A program made the position numbers and the translations under genes. Below are positions 19,147 to 26,872 of a stretch of 64,000 bases of DNA, in pieces; position 1 is the first letter of the stretch, and the number at the start of each line of letters is the position of its first letter. Location: contig JALEHL010000005.1 of the NCBI GenBank assembly GCA_022770665.1, positions 13,028-77,027 on the forward strand. The letters are read 5' to 3'. The notes beneath the pieces were generated by a model that was not told where the DNA came from, made no database searches, and worked only from the letters and a program-made list of their open reading frames with translations. Origin of the DNA: Bacillota bacterium (GTDB lineage Bacteria > Bacillota > Clostridia > Peptostreptococcales > Anaerovoracaceae).

Positions 19147-19345
19147 GTCTTTTTACCTGAAAGATTCTCCTCCATTTCCTGAACGATCCTCCCGTACCAG
19201 CCGATCGCGGGTCCGGTTCCGGAATCGGAGGATTGCTTCTTGGGTGAAATTCTTTCCAGAGTGCCGTCCGAATCTGGTCCTTTTGCCTGAGAGTTTACTG
19301 CCACTTCACCTTCGGCGCCGTCTCACGACGATCTCTCCCGGATTC
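19147..19345 (-). promoter_or_regulatory. Tandem glycine riboswitch (two aptamers)
   Basis: Aptamer 1: CGGGAGAG...GCGCCGAAGGTGAAG...CTCAGGCAAAAGGAC. Aptamer 2: CTCTGGAAAG...CACCCAAGAAGCAA...TTCAGGTAAAAAGAC. Located upstream of gcvT. Confidence 0.88.
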
Positions 19346-19389
19346 TTCAGCCGGCATATTCAGTTACAGGAGGTAAACTCCTTACTTTC

Positions 19390-19418
19390 TTTTTAGCAGA
19401 TAAGGAAGCGTTTGTCAA
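19390..19418 (-). promoter_or_regulatory. Candidate SigA promoter for the glycine riboswitch-gcv operon
   Basis: Minus strand TTGACA-N17-TAAAAA. Confidence 0.45.
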
Positions 19419-19449
19419 TACTTCCGCTGTGTATACATGTTTTTTGTTT

Positions 19450-19818
19450 TCATCGTTCCTGCAGCACGCCGCTGGTCACGATCACATTGACGCCCAGGCC
19501 GAGAAGATCCTCCAGGACCACGTCGCCGATTCCCGCCGGCCGGTCCACGGTGATCTGGCCGATGGCGTTCATCGCATCCCGGATCTTCTCCTTCGGCACG
19601 GTGCCGTCCACACGGACCGGAAGCACCGGGCAGTCCTTATATACCGTCCGCACCGTGGTGCACAGGGTCCGCACCGGATGTGCGATCTCGCTCTTCGCAA
19701 AATCCGCCCCCTTCGGACACCGGTTTCCGCTCACGCCGGTCACCTGGCCCGCCTCGTCTGCCGTCACCTCCATCAGGCAGCTGTTGGGACAGGTAATGCA
19801 TACGATTTCCCGGTTCAT
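19450..19818 (-). CDS. DUF1667 domain protein (small Cys-containing subunit of GlpA-like oxidoreductase sets)
   Basis: 122 aa starting MNREIVCITCPNSCLMEVT...GNRCPKGADFAKSE... 4-nt overlap with the upstream gene. Confidence 0.8.
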   Translation of the reverse strand: MNREIVCITCPNSCLMEVTADEAGQVTGVSGNRCPKGADFAKSEIAHPVRTLCTTVRTVYKDCPVLPVRVDGTVPKEKIRDAMNAIGQITVDRPAGIGDVVLEDLLGLGVNVIVTSGVLQER

Positions 19819-20828
19819 TTCTCTGCCTCCCTTCTTCCTTTAGCCGAAAGGCTCCATGCGGCGGCAGCCCTGCCGGCCTGCTCGCCGTCTTCCGATACAT
19901 CATCCACCAGGTCGAATACCCGGAAAGAATTTCCGCAGCTGAAGACGCCCGGTACACTGGTCATTTTGCTGCTGTCTGCAGCCGGTCCGCGGGTCGCCGG
20001 ATCCATCTGCACGCCCAGACTCTCTGCCAGTTCGTTTTCCGGAATCAGACCGACAGAAAGGATCACGCTGTCGCATTCGATTCGTTCTTCCGTTCCTGCC
20101 ACCGGCTGCATCCGGTCATCGACCCTGCATACTTCAGCGGCTTCGACTCGTTCTTCTCCGAAAACCCGGGTCACGGTGGTGGAAAGATGTAGCGGAATCC
20201 CGAAGTCATAGAGGCACTGGTGCAGGTTCCGCACCAGCCCGGAAGGCCGGGGTCTGGCCTCATAAACGCCGACCACCTCTGCGCCTTCCAGGGTCAGGCG
20301 CCTTGCCATGATCAGCCCGATATCGCCGCTGCCCAGAATCACGCAGCGGCGGGTCGGCATCTGCCCCTGCAGATTGATCAGATGCTGCGCCGTTCCCGCC
20401 GTAAAGATCCCGGCCGGCCGGCTGCCATGGAGAAAGACCTGCCGTGCTGTCCGCTCCCGGCAGCCCGTGGCCAGCACCAGGGAAGAGGATTTCAGAAGGA
20501 GCATTCCTTCCCGGCTGGATGCCGTCAGGCAGAAGGTCCCGTCCGGCTGCGGCTTCTCGATTTTCGTCACAAAGGTCTCCGTCATCGCCTCGATCCCCAG
20601 TGCATGAAACCGGTCGATAAAACGCTGTGCATACTCCGGTCCGGACAGCTTCTCCCCGTACCGGATCAGGCCGAACCCGTCGTGAATGCACTGTTTCAGG
20701 ATGCCCCCGAGGCGACTTTCCCGCTCCAGAAGCAGAACATCCGCTCCTGCCTCGCGGGCCGCGATGGCAGCGGCAAGGCCCGCAGGGCCGCCGCCGATGA
20801 CGATGACATCCGCTTCCCTATATTTCAT
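19815..20828 (-). CDS. FAD/NAD(P)-binding pyridine nucleotide-disulfide oxidoreductase family protein
   Basis: MKYREADVIVIGGGPAGLAAAIAAREAG... plus a second dinucleotide fold ...RCVILGSGDIGLIMARRL... Start set to MKYRE. Confidence 0.8.
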   Translation of the reverse strand: MKYREADVIVIGGGPAGLAAAIAAREAGADVLLLERESRLGGILKQCIHDGFGLIRYGEKLSGPEYAQRFIDRFHALGIEAMTETFVTKIEKPQPDGTFCLTASSREGMLLLKSSSLVLATGCRERTARQVFLHGSRPAGIFTAGTAQHLINLQGQMPTRRCVILGSGDIGLIMARRLTLEGAEVVGVYEARPRPSGLVRNLHQCLYDFGIPLHLSTTVTRVFGEERVEAAEVCRVDDRMQPVAGTEERIECDSVILSVGLIPENELAESLGVQMDPATRGPAADSSKMTSVPGVFSCGNSFRVFDLVDDVSEDGEQAGRAAAAWSLSAKGRREAEK

Positions 20829-22662
20829 CTTCCCTGCCCCCTTTCGTATCTCCAAACGTGATCACCGAACCCGGCGTGCTCTTTCGTACTTCCGACAGCG
20901 GCACGCCCAGGAAGTCCGCGATAATCTGCATGACGAGAGGCTGGCAGAAACCGCCCTGACACCGCCCCATGCCCGGCCGGAGACGCCGCTTGATGCCATC
21001 CACGGTCGGTACGCAGAGTCCGCTTCGAAGCGCATCCAGAATCTCCCCTTTGCTGATCTCCTCGCAACGGCAGACGATCACACCATAGTCCGGATTTTCA
21101 CGGATCAGCGCATCCCTTTCCTCGACAGAAAGCTCCCGCAGTCTCGGCGGCGCCTTCCGCACCGGATCAAAATCCGGATTCGACAGCACGGCCTTGCCGC
21201 ACAGATTTTCCAGGGATTCGCAGGCCCACTTCGCCAGATCCGCGCCGATGGCAGGCGCTGCCGTAACACCTGGAGACTGGATACCCGCCGCCTCCAGAAT
21301 ATTATCCGTAAAGATTCCCTTCCGCACCACGAAATCCTCTTCATAGGTCGGTGCCCGCACACCGGTGAAGTAGGCGATCACATCACCAGCCGAAAGATCC
21401 GGCGACAGTTTCTGCTGCATGGCGATGATGTCCTCCACTTCCTTCCGGTAGGTGTTCCGGTCTTCCCGGTCCGGTGTCTCGACGGCGTTGGGACCGATGA
21501 GCATATTGCCGTGGACAGAATGAATGAGGCCAACCCCCTTCGTATGGCTACTTCCGTTAAAAGCTCTGATCAGCAGACGGACCCTGGCTGCCGGGCCGCT
21601 TGCCATCTGCGCCCGGTCCTGGGGCAGAATGCTGAACGGGGCTTTGGCCATGCTGGTTCGCACCAGATGGCCCGCTTTCTGATCCATAATGATATCCGTA
21701 CCCCGCCGCGGGTGAATGGTAAAAGTCCTGTCATCGGCCATCTCCGCGATTTCATCGGCATGGACACCTGCCGCATTGATGATGACCTTCGGATAGATTC
21801 TGCCGCGATTTGTTTTCACACAGGTGATATGCTTCATTTCGCCGTATGCGCCGCTCCGGCACGACGGTTCCAGCTCCATCTCTTCCACTGCCGTGTCAAA
21901 CACGATACGGACGCCGTTTTTCACTGCGTTTTCCGCCAGTGCAATGGTCATTTCGTACGGGCTGGTGATGCCGCCGATAGGCATGTACATGCCGCCGTCG
22001 ATGAAATCGGGAATTTCCGGCTCCACCTTTCGCAGCTCATCCCGCTTCAGATACCGTACGCCGGGAATTCCCAGACGCTTTCCGTTCTGCCGCAGAAACC
22101 AGACCGGAATCCTCTCCCATTTCTCGCAGCAGAGCATCACCTGTCCCTTCTGCTCCAGCGGCACGTCCAGCTCCTCGGAAAGCTGGCGGTACATGGCGTT
22201 CCCGATCTGATTATAGTGATGTTTCTGGGAATTCTTCCCGAAATTGATTCCCACATGGATCACACCGCCGTTGGCTTTCGATGCGCCGGACGCCACGTCC
22301 GATCCTTTTTCCACCAGAAGCACAGAAAGAGCATGCCGGGAAAGTTCTCTGGCCGCGCTGCATCCGGTGATGCCGCCGCCGATGATCAGCACGTCGGGGC
22401 TGGCCCCTTCCAGCAGATCGTCATGCAGCGACGGTTTTCCCTTCGCCGCTGCCGCTTCATAATCAAATCCTTCCAGACGTATATCATTGATGACTCCCAG
22501 ATACCGCTTTTGATCCACCGCCAGCTGCCCGGCCTTCACAGCCGTATTCCATTCCTTCACCGTGCCGCGCAGCACAATGCAGCCTCTTTCCTCCGTGACT
22601 TCCATCGCGTCGCCTTCCGGCAGTGCCTGTATTTTTTTTCTGATTTTCTCCAGTTTGCTCAT
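20818..22662 (-). CDS. FAD-dependent (GlpA/DAO-family) dehydrogenase with BFD-like [2Fe-2S] domain and N-terminal BON-like extension
   Basis: 614 aa. DVLIIGGGITGCSAARELS...ASKANGGVIHVG (DAO fold). C-terminal CRCEEISKGEILDAL...RRLRPGMGRCQGGFC (BFD-like). About 95 extra N-terminal residues ...MEVTEERGCIVLRGTVKEWNTAVKAGQLAVDQKRYLGVINDIRLEG. Confidence 0.8.
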   Translation of the reverse strand: MSKLEKIRKKIQALPEGDAMEVTEERGCIVLRGTVKEWNTAVKAGQLAVDQKRYLGVINDIRLEGFDYEAAAAKGKPSLHDDLLEGASPDVLIIGGGITGCSAARELSRHALSVLLVEKGSDVASGASKANGGVIHVGINFGKNSQKHHYNQIGNAMYRQLSEELDVPLEQKGQVMLCCEKWERIPVWFLRQNGKRLGIPGVRYLKRDELRKVEPEIPDFIDGGMYMPIGGITSPYEMTIALAENAVKNGVRIVFDTAVEEMELEPSCRSGAYGEMKHITCVKTNRGRIYPKVIINAAGVHADEIAEMADDRTFTIHPRRGTDIIMDQKAGHLVRTSMAKAPFSILPQDRAQMASGPAARVRLLIRAFNGSSHTKGVGLIHSVHGNMLIGPNAVETPDREDRNTYRKEVEDIIAMQQKLSPDLSAGDVIAYFTGVRAPTYEEDFVVRKGIFTDNILEAAGIQSPGVTAAPAIGADLAKWACESLENLCGKAVLSNPDFDPVRKAPPRLRELSVEERDALIRENPDYGVIVCRCEEISKGEILDALRSGLCVPTVDGIKRRLRPGMGRCQGGFCQPLVMQIIADFLGVPLSEVRKSTPGSVITFGDTKGGREDEI

Positions 22663-22680
22663 GGTCTTTTCCCCTGCCTT

Positions 22681-23565
22681 TTATGCCTGCTGCGCCAGCT
22701 CCTCCCGGATCTTTCTCTGCAGATCGTCCGTTTCACTCTCGATGCACCATACCCCGAGCCGCACAATGAGGAACGGCAGCCGCCACGGCGCGATTTCCTC
22801 GTCGGTCATGCCGCTGGCCGCCTTGTAGCGTTTCAGATACTTTTTGCAGATGGTTTTTCGCAGGAATTCCATCACTGCCGCCACGGCCGGATTCAGCCCC
22901 GGGATCATTTCTCCTTCGTTCAGCAGATACAGGGTCGCCGCCACGTCCGCTGCCGGCGCGCCGCTGGCGGCTGTCATATAGTCGATCACGCTGATATGCT
23001 CGCCGTCAGACATGATGTTGTCCGGATGGTAATCCAGATGCAGGATGCTGTCGCCGTCCGGCAGGGCGTCCAGTCTCCGCAGGATCTCCGTTCTCTCGCT
23101 TTCCGTCAGGAAATCCATCACCGGCTTGTTCAGGCAGTCCCGCACCATCTCTTTATAGCTGCGGATCACTTTCGTATGGGTCCGGTGAAGCGCCATCTGC
23201 TGCTCTGCCATGATCTTCGGCGCCGCAAACAGGGTCTCCGGGTGCTTCAGCACTCTGGCGATCAGCGTCTGCCCCGGAATCTTTTTCAGCAGGATCCCGC
23301 TGCGCACCGTTCCGTTGAGCGAAACGACCCGGACCTGGCCGTAGCAGGCCACGGCGGAAACGCCCTTCGCATAGGTTTCCTTCGTATTGATCTCCTCCTG
23401 ATCGATCATCTTCTGATCGACACCGGGGCGGAACAGTTTCAGGAGCACTTCCTCCTCCCGGTCATAGTCCTCCCAGTAAAAAACTTCTGATGACCTGCTG
23501 GTGAACAGGGGGGATCCCAGTTCTTCGATTTGATATAATTTCTCTTCTGCTGCTTTTTCTGCCAT
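22681..23565 (-). CDS. Aminoglycoside-phosphotransferase (APH/choline kinase) family kinase
   Basis: ...ILHLDYHPDNIM... (HxDxxxxN catalytic loop) and ...VIDYMTA... Start set to MAEKAAEE. Confidence 0.7.
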   Translation of the reverse strand: MAEKAAEEKLYQIEELGSPLFTSRSSEVFYWEDYDREEEVLLKLFRPGVDQKMIDQEEINTKETYAKGVSAVACYGQVRVVSLNGTVRSGILLKKIPGQTLIARVLKHPETLFAAPKIMAEQQMALHRTHTKVIRSYKEMVRDCLNKPVMDFLTESERTEILRRLDALPDGDSILHLDYHPDNIMSDGEHISVIDYMTAASGAPAADVAATLYLLNEGEMIPGLNPAVAAVMEFLRKTICKKYLKRYKAASGMTDEEIAPWRLPFLIVRLGVWCIESETDDLQRKIREELAQQA

Positions 23566-23607
23566 GTTCTGACCTCCCAGTGTCCGTTTTTTTATTACTA
23601 CAATGTT

Positions 23608-23649
23608 ATTCTTCCGGCAGCAGAAAGTCAACGCTGCCGGAAGAATTTT
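23608..23649 (+). other. Perfect 14-bp inverted repeat followed by TTTT on the plus strand
   Basis: ATTCTTCCGGCAGC-N11-GCTGCCGGAAGAAT then TTT. Lies between two minus-strand genes. Confidence 0.6.
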
Positions 23650-23721
23650 CACATTGATGCAGAGAAAAAGTGCTGCAATGTGGAAGCGGGCATTCTCTAC
23701 ATCGCGATTCGCCTCTCCAGC

Positions 23722-24669
23722 TTAACCATTTTCTGTTTTCCTGTGCTTTTCCGGGCAGCTGAGGAGCACGATCGCGCAGATGGTCAGCGCCATGCCGCAG
23801 ACCATAAGCACCGTCGGCCTCTCATCAAACAGCAGGAAGCCGAACACCATGGCCGCTGCCGGTTCGGAAGACGCAAGAATCGATGCCTTTCCCGCATCCA
23901 TGTAGGTCATGGCAAAGGTATAGATCACATAAGGCAGGACAGCCGCACAGAGGCTGTGTGCCAGAAGGAAGATTCCATCTGATACGGGAGCCTGCGCGAC
24001 ATAAGCGCCCATCTGCTTCCAGTCGGTCATCGGCGCCAGGAGCAGTGTGACCAGCGCCATGAAATAAAAGGTAATCGTGATGGAACTGTATCCCCGGTTC
24101 CTGGCAGTCTTGGTAAAAATGCTGTACAGCGCATAGCAGAATGCCGCCAGCAGTCCAGTCAGCACGCCCAAGGCTGAAATCCGGACGGATCCGCCCGGCG
24201 AATTGCCGCCGGGAAGCAGACCGCTTTCCAGAATTCCGCTTTCCAGGATTCCGCTGACCAGCACGCAGCCGGTAAAGGCCAGCACCATGCAGCCAGCCTT
24301 TTTCCCTGTAAACGGCTCGTGAAACAGCACCGCCGACAGCAGCATCACGAACACCGGGAAGGTGCAGAGAAGCACCGCGGCAAACGCCATGCTCAGCTGG
24401 TTGATGGCCTCCGTATAAAAATAGCTGAGGCCAAAATTCCCCAGGATCCCCCCGCCCAGAAAAATCCACCAGTCCTTCCGTCGGATTTTGAGAAGCGACG
24501 GATTGACGAGCAGACAGCCTGCTGCCAGGATCACGGTGCCGATCAGCATACGCGTTTCCAGTATTGTGGCATTATTCATGCCGTAAGCATTCAGAATCCG
24601 GGTGAATACGCCGGTGGCGCCCCACATGATCCCGGCCAGTGTGGGGAAAAGGATAATGATCTTCTTCAA
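23722..24669 (-). CDS. EamA/DMT-family transporter
   Basis: 315-aa, roughly 10-TM protein with duplicated EamA-like halves. Central SGILESGILESGLL repeat. Confidence 0.8.
   Translation of the reverse strand: MKKIIILFPTLAGIMWGATGVFTRILNAYGMNNATILETRMLIGTVILAAGCLLVNPSLLKIRRKDWWIFLGGGILGNFGLSYFYTEAINQLSMAFAAVLLCTFPVFVMLLSAVLFHEPFTGKKAGCMVLAFTGCVLVSGILESGILESGLLPGGNSPGGSVRISALGVLTGLLAAFCYALYSIFTKTARNRGYSSITITFYFMALVTLLLAPMTDWKQMGAYVAQAPVSDGIFLLAHSLCAAVLPYVIYTFAMTYMDAGKASILASSEPAAAMVFGFLLFDERPTVLMVCGMALTICAIVLLSCPEKHRKTENG
24221..24255 (-). repeat. In-frame 15-nt tandem duplication in the EamA gene (SGILE SGILE)
   Basis: Plus strand ccgctttccagaatt / ccgctttccaggatt / ccgct. Confidence 0.8.
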
Positions 24670-24711
24670 TTTCTCTGACTCTCTTTCTTTTTCGCACTTT
24701 TTCCATTATAC

Positions 24712-24746
24712 AGAAAAACTCCCCGGACTGCAAGGTCCGGAGAGTC
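24712..24746 (-). terminator. Terminator after the secreted-protein gene
   Basis: Minus strand ACTCTCCGGACCTTGCAGTCCGGGGAGTTTTTCTG. Confidence 0.7.
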
Positions 24747-24764
24747 TGTGTTCTGCCGCTGCCG

Positions 24765-25859
24765 CTATTTCGCCACGGCGCTGACGGTGCTGCTGTACTT
24801 CGTATAAACTTTTCTGCCGCCGACTTCCACATAGCCTCTTACTTTATAGTAATATCTCGTGCCTTTTTTCAGATTCTGCCTGTTGATCACATACGATCTG
24901 GACGCCGGCTTGTCAGCCAGCTTTCTGAAGCCGTAATACTTGCTGTCGGAACGGTAGATGGTGTAGCCGTCCAGGTTCAGGCTGCTCTTTCTGTTCCATT
25001 TCACCGTCACGGCTCCCTTCTTCACAGAGGTCTTCACGCCGGAGATCTTTGCAGCGCGCACCGGCTGCACGACATCATCCGCATCCGCCCACTGGGCATA
25101 CACATCCACAATATCCAGCGGATCTGCTGTCAGCAGCAGTTCGGCCGTCAGCGGATCCCCGGGTTCCAGTGCGGTGCCGGTGCCGTCAGCCTTCGTGTTC
25201 CAGCCGGTAAACATCTGGTTCTTGCTCTTGATACCCTCTGCATCCCAGACCTTGGCAAAATCTTTCGCTCCTTCCGACTGCAGCTGATCCATGGTCACTG
25301 TATCGGTGTGAAAGCCCACGCAGCCAAGTTTCTCGCACTTGACGGAATTGCAGTGGTAAACCACCTTGAATTCAATCTGACGCGGCTCCACGACGATCTT
25401 TCGAAGACCGGTGGCATTCTCGTCGGAAGTTTCCCAGAAATCCGTGTCAGTGACCTCTTTGATCACCAGTTCCTGCCCCAGATCGAGGAATTCATCCGGA
25501 TAGAAGCACTGTCCGTCATCGTAGTAATATTCCGGCGCACCCTTCTTTCCCTTCGCAGGACCGGTGTACAGAGTGCCGTCTCCGCCCACTCCGCCGCCGT
25601 TGGGTGCCAGAATCTCCCCTTTCGTGTTGACGATATAGAATCCGCCCACACTGGTTTCCGCTTTGGAATTGATCAGCTTTTCCTCATGGCGCAGCACGTC
25701 GCCTGCATGAATGCCGTCTTCCGCCTGACCGTTTTCTGAAGCAGAATAATAATTCCGGATTCCCTGCTCCGCGAACGCCGGCGCTGCCGTCATCGTCAGT
25801 ACCAGCGCCGCTGCCAGACCGGCCGAAATCATTCTCTTCCACATTTTGTTTCTGTTCAT
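24765..25859 (-). CDS. Secreted protein with Listeria-Bacteroides (Flg_new-type) repeat and C-terminal FN3-like domain
   Basis: Signal peptide MNRNKMWKRMISAGLAAALVLTMTAAPAFAEQ. ...FTGWNTKADGTGTALEPGD... ...VKWNRKSSLNLDGYTIYRS...YYYKVRGY... Confidence 0.65.
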   Translation of the reverse strand: MNRNKMWKRMISAGLAAALVLTMTAAPAFAEQGIRNYYSASENGQAEDGIHAGDVLRHEEKLINSKAETSVGGFYIVNTKGEILAPNGGGVGGDGTLYTGPAKGKKGAPEYYYDDGQCFYPDEFLDLGQELVIKEVTDTDFWETSDENATGLRKIVVEPRQIEFKVVYHCNSVKCEKLGCVGFHTDTVTMDQLQSEGAKDFAKVWDAEGIKSKNQMFTGWNTKADGTGTALEPGDPLTAELLLTADPLDIVDVYAQWADADDVVQPVRAAKISGVKTSVKKGAVTVKWNRKSSLNLDGYTIYRSDSKYYGFRKLADKPASRSYVINRQNLKKGTRYYYKVRGYVEVGGRKVYTKYSSTVSAVAK

Positions 25860-25921
25860 TTTCTCATTTCCTCCCTTTTCTTTTTTACTCGATTCTCTTC
25901 GCAAAATCTCTCATCCGCATT

Positions 25922-26872
25922 CTAGCCGACGTCTCCCTGCATCGGTGTGTACAGAATTTCTGCCATCTCTTTCAGCATATCTTCCGATGCCCCGCTGTCC
26001 ACAGACAGGCTGTAGACCAGACCGGGAGCGAGATCCAGCCACAGAATTTTCCCGTTCTTTCCCTCATTCCAGAAAATCTGCGCCTGACACCATCCCAGCT
26101 CTGCGCTGCTCTGTTTTTCGTAGGATGTTCCGGCTGTGCCGGAAAGATCCTGCAGTTCTGTTTTTGTGGCTGCCGCTGTCCGGTAAATATACCGCTGCCC
26201 CTGCAGTGTAAATTCTGTCTCAGCAACATGCAGCGGTTCCGAACCGTCCTGCAGATCCAGCGTGAAGATGGTATAGGAAACCTTCTGTGCACCTTCCAGC
26301 GCCACTTCCATGTCATAGCCCAGAGACTCCATGATCTCCCGAGCAGTGGTCTGCAGCGCGGGGCTACTGATACCGCCTTCTGCATCCGAACCTTCCTGTG
26401 TTTCCGATGCGAACAGACTGTAATGCACCTGATCCTCTTCATTATACCAGGACACCCAGTCCGCTTCCCCTGCTTTCCCCTCCGGCGGCAGTGCTTTCGC
26501 ATCTTTGGAAACGATACAGGTGTATTCTTCCCCCTTCAGAGTGAATTCCGCTTTCACCGTATCGCCATCATCCAGCATTTCATAGGTGGCCGCCTCTGCT
26601 TCCTCAGGCAGAATCAGGCGAAACCCCAGAGATACCAGATCCCCCGCTGAAATCCGCCTTCCGTCGGAATCCTTCCGTACGCTGCTGAAAAATGCGCAGG
26701 TCACGACCAGACAGATGCAGACTGCCGCTGCGCCCCATCGCAGCAGACGGATCATTCTCTTCTTTCCCGCCGTCTCTGGCGTCACAGCCGTCTGTCCAGG
26801 CGCCGCAAAGGCCTCTTCCAGATAGGATTCATCGATTTCCTGCATAAACTTCTGGAACAGATCCCGATTCAT
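25922..26872 (-). CDS. Putative anti-sigma factor (single-pass membrane protein)
   Basis: 4-nt overlap with the upstream sigma gene. Cytoplasmic N-terminus, then TM segment LLRWGAAAVCICLVVTCAFF, then an extracellular domain. Confidence 0.6.
   Translation of the reverse strand: MNRDLFQKFMQEIDESYLEEAFAAPGQTAVTPETAGKKRMIRLLRWGAAAVCICLVVTCAFFSSVRKDSDGRRISAGDLVSLGFRLILPEEAEAATYEMLDDGDTVKAEFTLKGEEYTCIVSKDAKALPPEGKAGEADWVSWYNEEDQVHYSLFASETQEGSDAEGGISSPALQTTAREIMESLGYDMEVALEGAQKVSYTIFTLDLQDGSEPLHVAETEFTLQGQRYIYRTAAATKTELQDLSGTAGTSYEKQSSAELGWCQAQIFWNEGKNGKILWLDLAPGLVYSLSVDSGASEDMLKEMAEILYTPMQGDVG

Noticed and set aside
20686-23490. 934-aa plus-strand ORF (also 31830..34106, 36953..39673, 54409..56184, 14595..16184, 9919..11397, and 62283..63761 on the minus strand)
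   Set aside because: These are shadow ORFs antisense to well-supported genes in GC-rich DNA. Their translations are low-complexity and rich in R/H/Q/L/P, with no motifs, whereas the opposite strand encodes recognisable proteins (GlpA-like dehydrogenase, ArgS, PheT, PBP, GcvPB, Fhs, ABC permease).
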